From the IMG/VR virus record IMGVR_UViG_2585427766_000008, positions 1-16,666 of that record: a DNA stretch of 16,666 nucleotides; one strand, 5' to 3'. Under the pieces are notes generated by a model, which was not told where the DNA came from, did no database searches, and worked only from the letters and a program-made list of their open reading frames with translations. This stretch comes from a virus (taxonomy: Duplodnaviria; Heunggongvirae; Uroviricota; Caudoviricetes). A program made the position numbers and the translations under genes. Positions 15,868 through 16,666 of this stretch are shown piece by piece (the first letter of the stretch is position 1; each line of letters opens with the position of its first letter).

Positions 15868-16231
15868 CCGAATAGTAAGACTTCATGCAGTGAATCAAGT
15901 ACTGCATGAAGTCAAGGGCTGGTTTTGTGTACCAAAAATAAACAGTGATAGCGGTAATAATTCCCATAACTAGAACACCACGTATAATCCAGAACGTACG
16001 TTTCTGCGTGTCTAGTCGCGCAGAAATACTGCTAAATACACCAGCCACGTCATCTTTAATGAAGGAATATTCCTTATTAATCTGTTTTTCTTTGTATTCA
16101 ATTTCTTCGCCTAAGGCCTTTATAGATTGCATCTGGTTCGAAAGTGCCAGCCAGATTAACGTTGCAGCAAAAATGCATCCCAGAAGAATTATTGTGTTTG
16201 TTATCCCTTGGCCTGACCATTTCGTAGCCAC
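15857..16231 (-). CDS. Hypothetical small membrane protein (two predicted TM helices) in AT-rich DNA
   Basis: 124-aa ORF with hydrophobic segments ITNTIILLGCIFAATLIWLAL and FWIIRGVLVMGIITAITVYFWY flanking a charged K/E-rich segment. It starts at a GTG with no convincing RBS, and its 3' end passes through the 13-bp hairpin and overlaps the methyltransferase stop. An alternative plus-strand ORF covers part of the same DNA. Confidence 0.35.
   Translation of the reverse strand: MATKWSGQGITNTIILLGCIFAATLIWLALSNQMQSIKALGEEIEYKEKQINKEYSFIKDDVAGVFSSISARLDTQKRTFWIIRGVLVMGIITAITVYFWYTKPALDFMQYLIHCMKSYYSVKS
15879..15913. terminator. Perfect 13-bp-stem hairpin downstream of the methyltransferase gene; candidate bidirectional terminator
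   Basis: GACTTCATGCAGT (15879-15891) pairs with ACTGCATGAAGTC (15901-15913) around a 9-nt loop. It starts 12 nt after the methyltransferase stop. There is a U-rich tract a few nt downstream on the plus strand and a partly U-rich tract on the minus strand. Confidence 0.4.
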
Positions 16232-16303
16232 TTTGAATTGGGTAGCTACGATAACAGAGGCAACAGGAATGCCAAGTATATGGTTCTGGATATCTGAAAA
16301 CGC

Positions 16304-16666
16304 GGTAATGACTCCAACTTATTGATAGTGTTTTATGTTCAGATAATGCCCGATGACTTTGTCATGCAGCTCCACCGATTTTGAGAACGACAGCGACTTC
16401 CGTCCCAGCCGTGCCAGGTGCTGCCTCAGATTCAGGTTATGCCGCTCAATTCGCTGCGTATATCGCTTGCTGATTACGTGCAGCTTTCCCTTCAGGCGGG
16501 ATTCATACAGCGGCCAGCCATCCGTCATCCATATCACCACGTCAAAGGGTGACAGCAGGCTCATAAGACGCCCCAGCGTCGCCATAGTGCGTTCACCGAA
16601 TACGTGCGCAACAACCGTCTTCCGGAGACTGTCATACGCGTAAAACAGCCAGCGCTGGCGCGATTT
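16304..16666 (-). mobile_element. IS1, partial (terminal inverted repeat plus 3' part of insB; element continues beyond the window end)
   Basis: The plus strand from 16304 reads GGTAATGACTCCAACTTATTGATAGTGTTTTATGTTCAG..., the reverse complement of the canonical IS1 end, followed by sequence encoding the canonical InsB C-terminus. Confidence 0.9.
16319..16666 (-). CDS. insB: IS1 transposase InsB (InsAB' C-terminal portion); 5' end outside window
   Basis: The translation ends ...[88 protein letters not shown], matching IS1 InsB as I recall it. The frame stays open upstream to the window edge (116 codons, 16319-16666). Confidence 0.9.
   Translation of the reverse strand, partial: KSRQRWLFYAYDSLRKTVVAHVFGERTMATLGRLMSLLSPFDVVIWMTDGWPLYESRLKGKLHVISKRYTQRIERHNLNLRQHLARLGRKSLSFSKSVELHDKVIGHYLNIKHYQ

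Noticed and set aside
15945-16325. 126-aa plus-strand ORF in the AT-rich segment
   Set aside because: It runs into the IS1 terminal repeat and its translation is low-complexity. The minus-strand ORF covering the same DNA has clearer membrane-protein features. Neither is proven; the minus-strand one is reported, at low confidence.
16353-16643. 96-aa plus-strand ORF inside IS1
   Set aside because: It is antisense to the known insB reading frame of IS1.
1-16666. CRISPR arrays, tRNA or rRNA genes, and phage attachment or Mu-end sequences
   Set aside because: I saw no regularly spaced direct repeats, no cloverleaf-compatible tRNA-like segment in the few non-coding gaps, and no sequence I could recognise as Mu-type ends. 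The prophage termini appear to lie outside the window or to have been removed by the IS elements.

Overview
Most of the window (about 186-14880) is the late-gene block of a Mu-like (transposable myovirus-type) prophage, all on the minus strand, in the order lysis cassette, packaging genes, head genes, tail sheath and tube, tail chaperone pair, tape measure. Most adjacent genes overlap by 1-20 nt, consistent with translational coupling. The block is bounded by insertion sequences. On the left an IS66-family element (transposase C-terminus at 3-155, apparent terminus at 185) cuts the tape measure gene short, so the baseplate and fibre genes are absent. On the right there is a divergent D12-class (Dam-like) N6-adenine methyltransferase on the plus strand, then a visibly AT-rich ~430 bp segment with a small two-helix membrane ORF, then an inverted partial IS1 from 16304 to the window end. 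No early or regulatory phage genes (repressor, transposase, late activator) are in the window. I see no rRNA, tRNA or CRISPR array. The IS content suggests an enterobacterial host. All calls rest on reading the translations and motifs by eye; no database search was run. The most likely place for anything new is the methyltransferase / AT-rich membrane-ORF cassette next to IS1, but I cannot show from sequence that it is a functional system.
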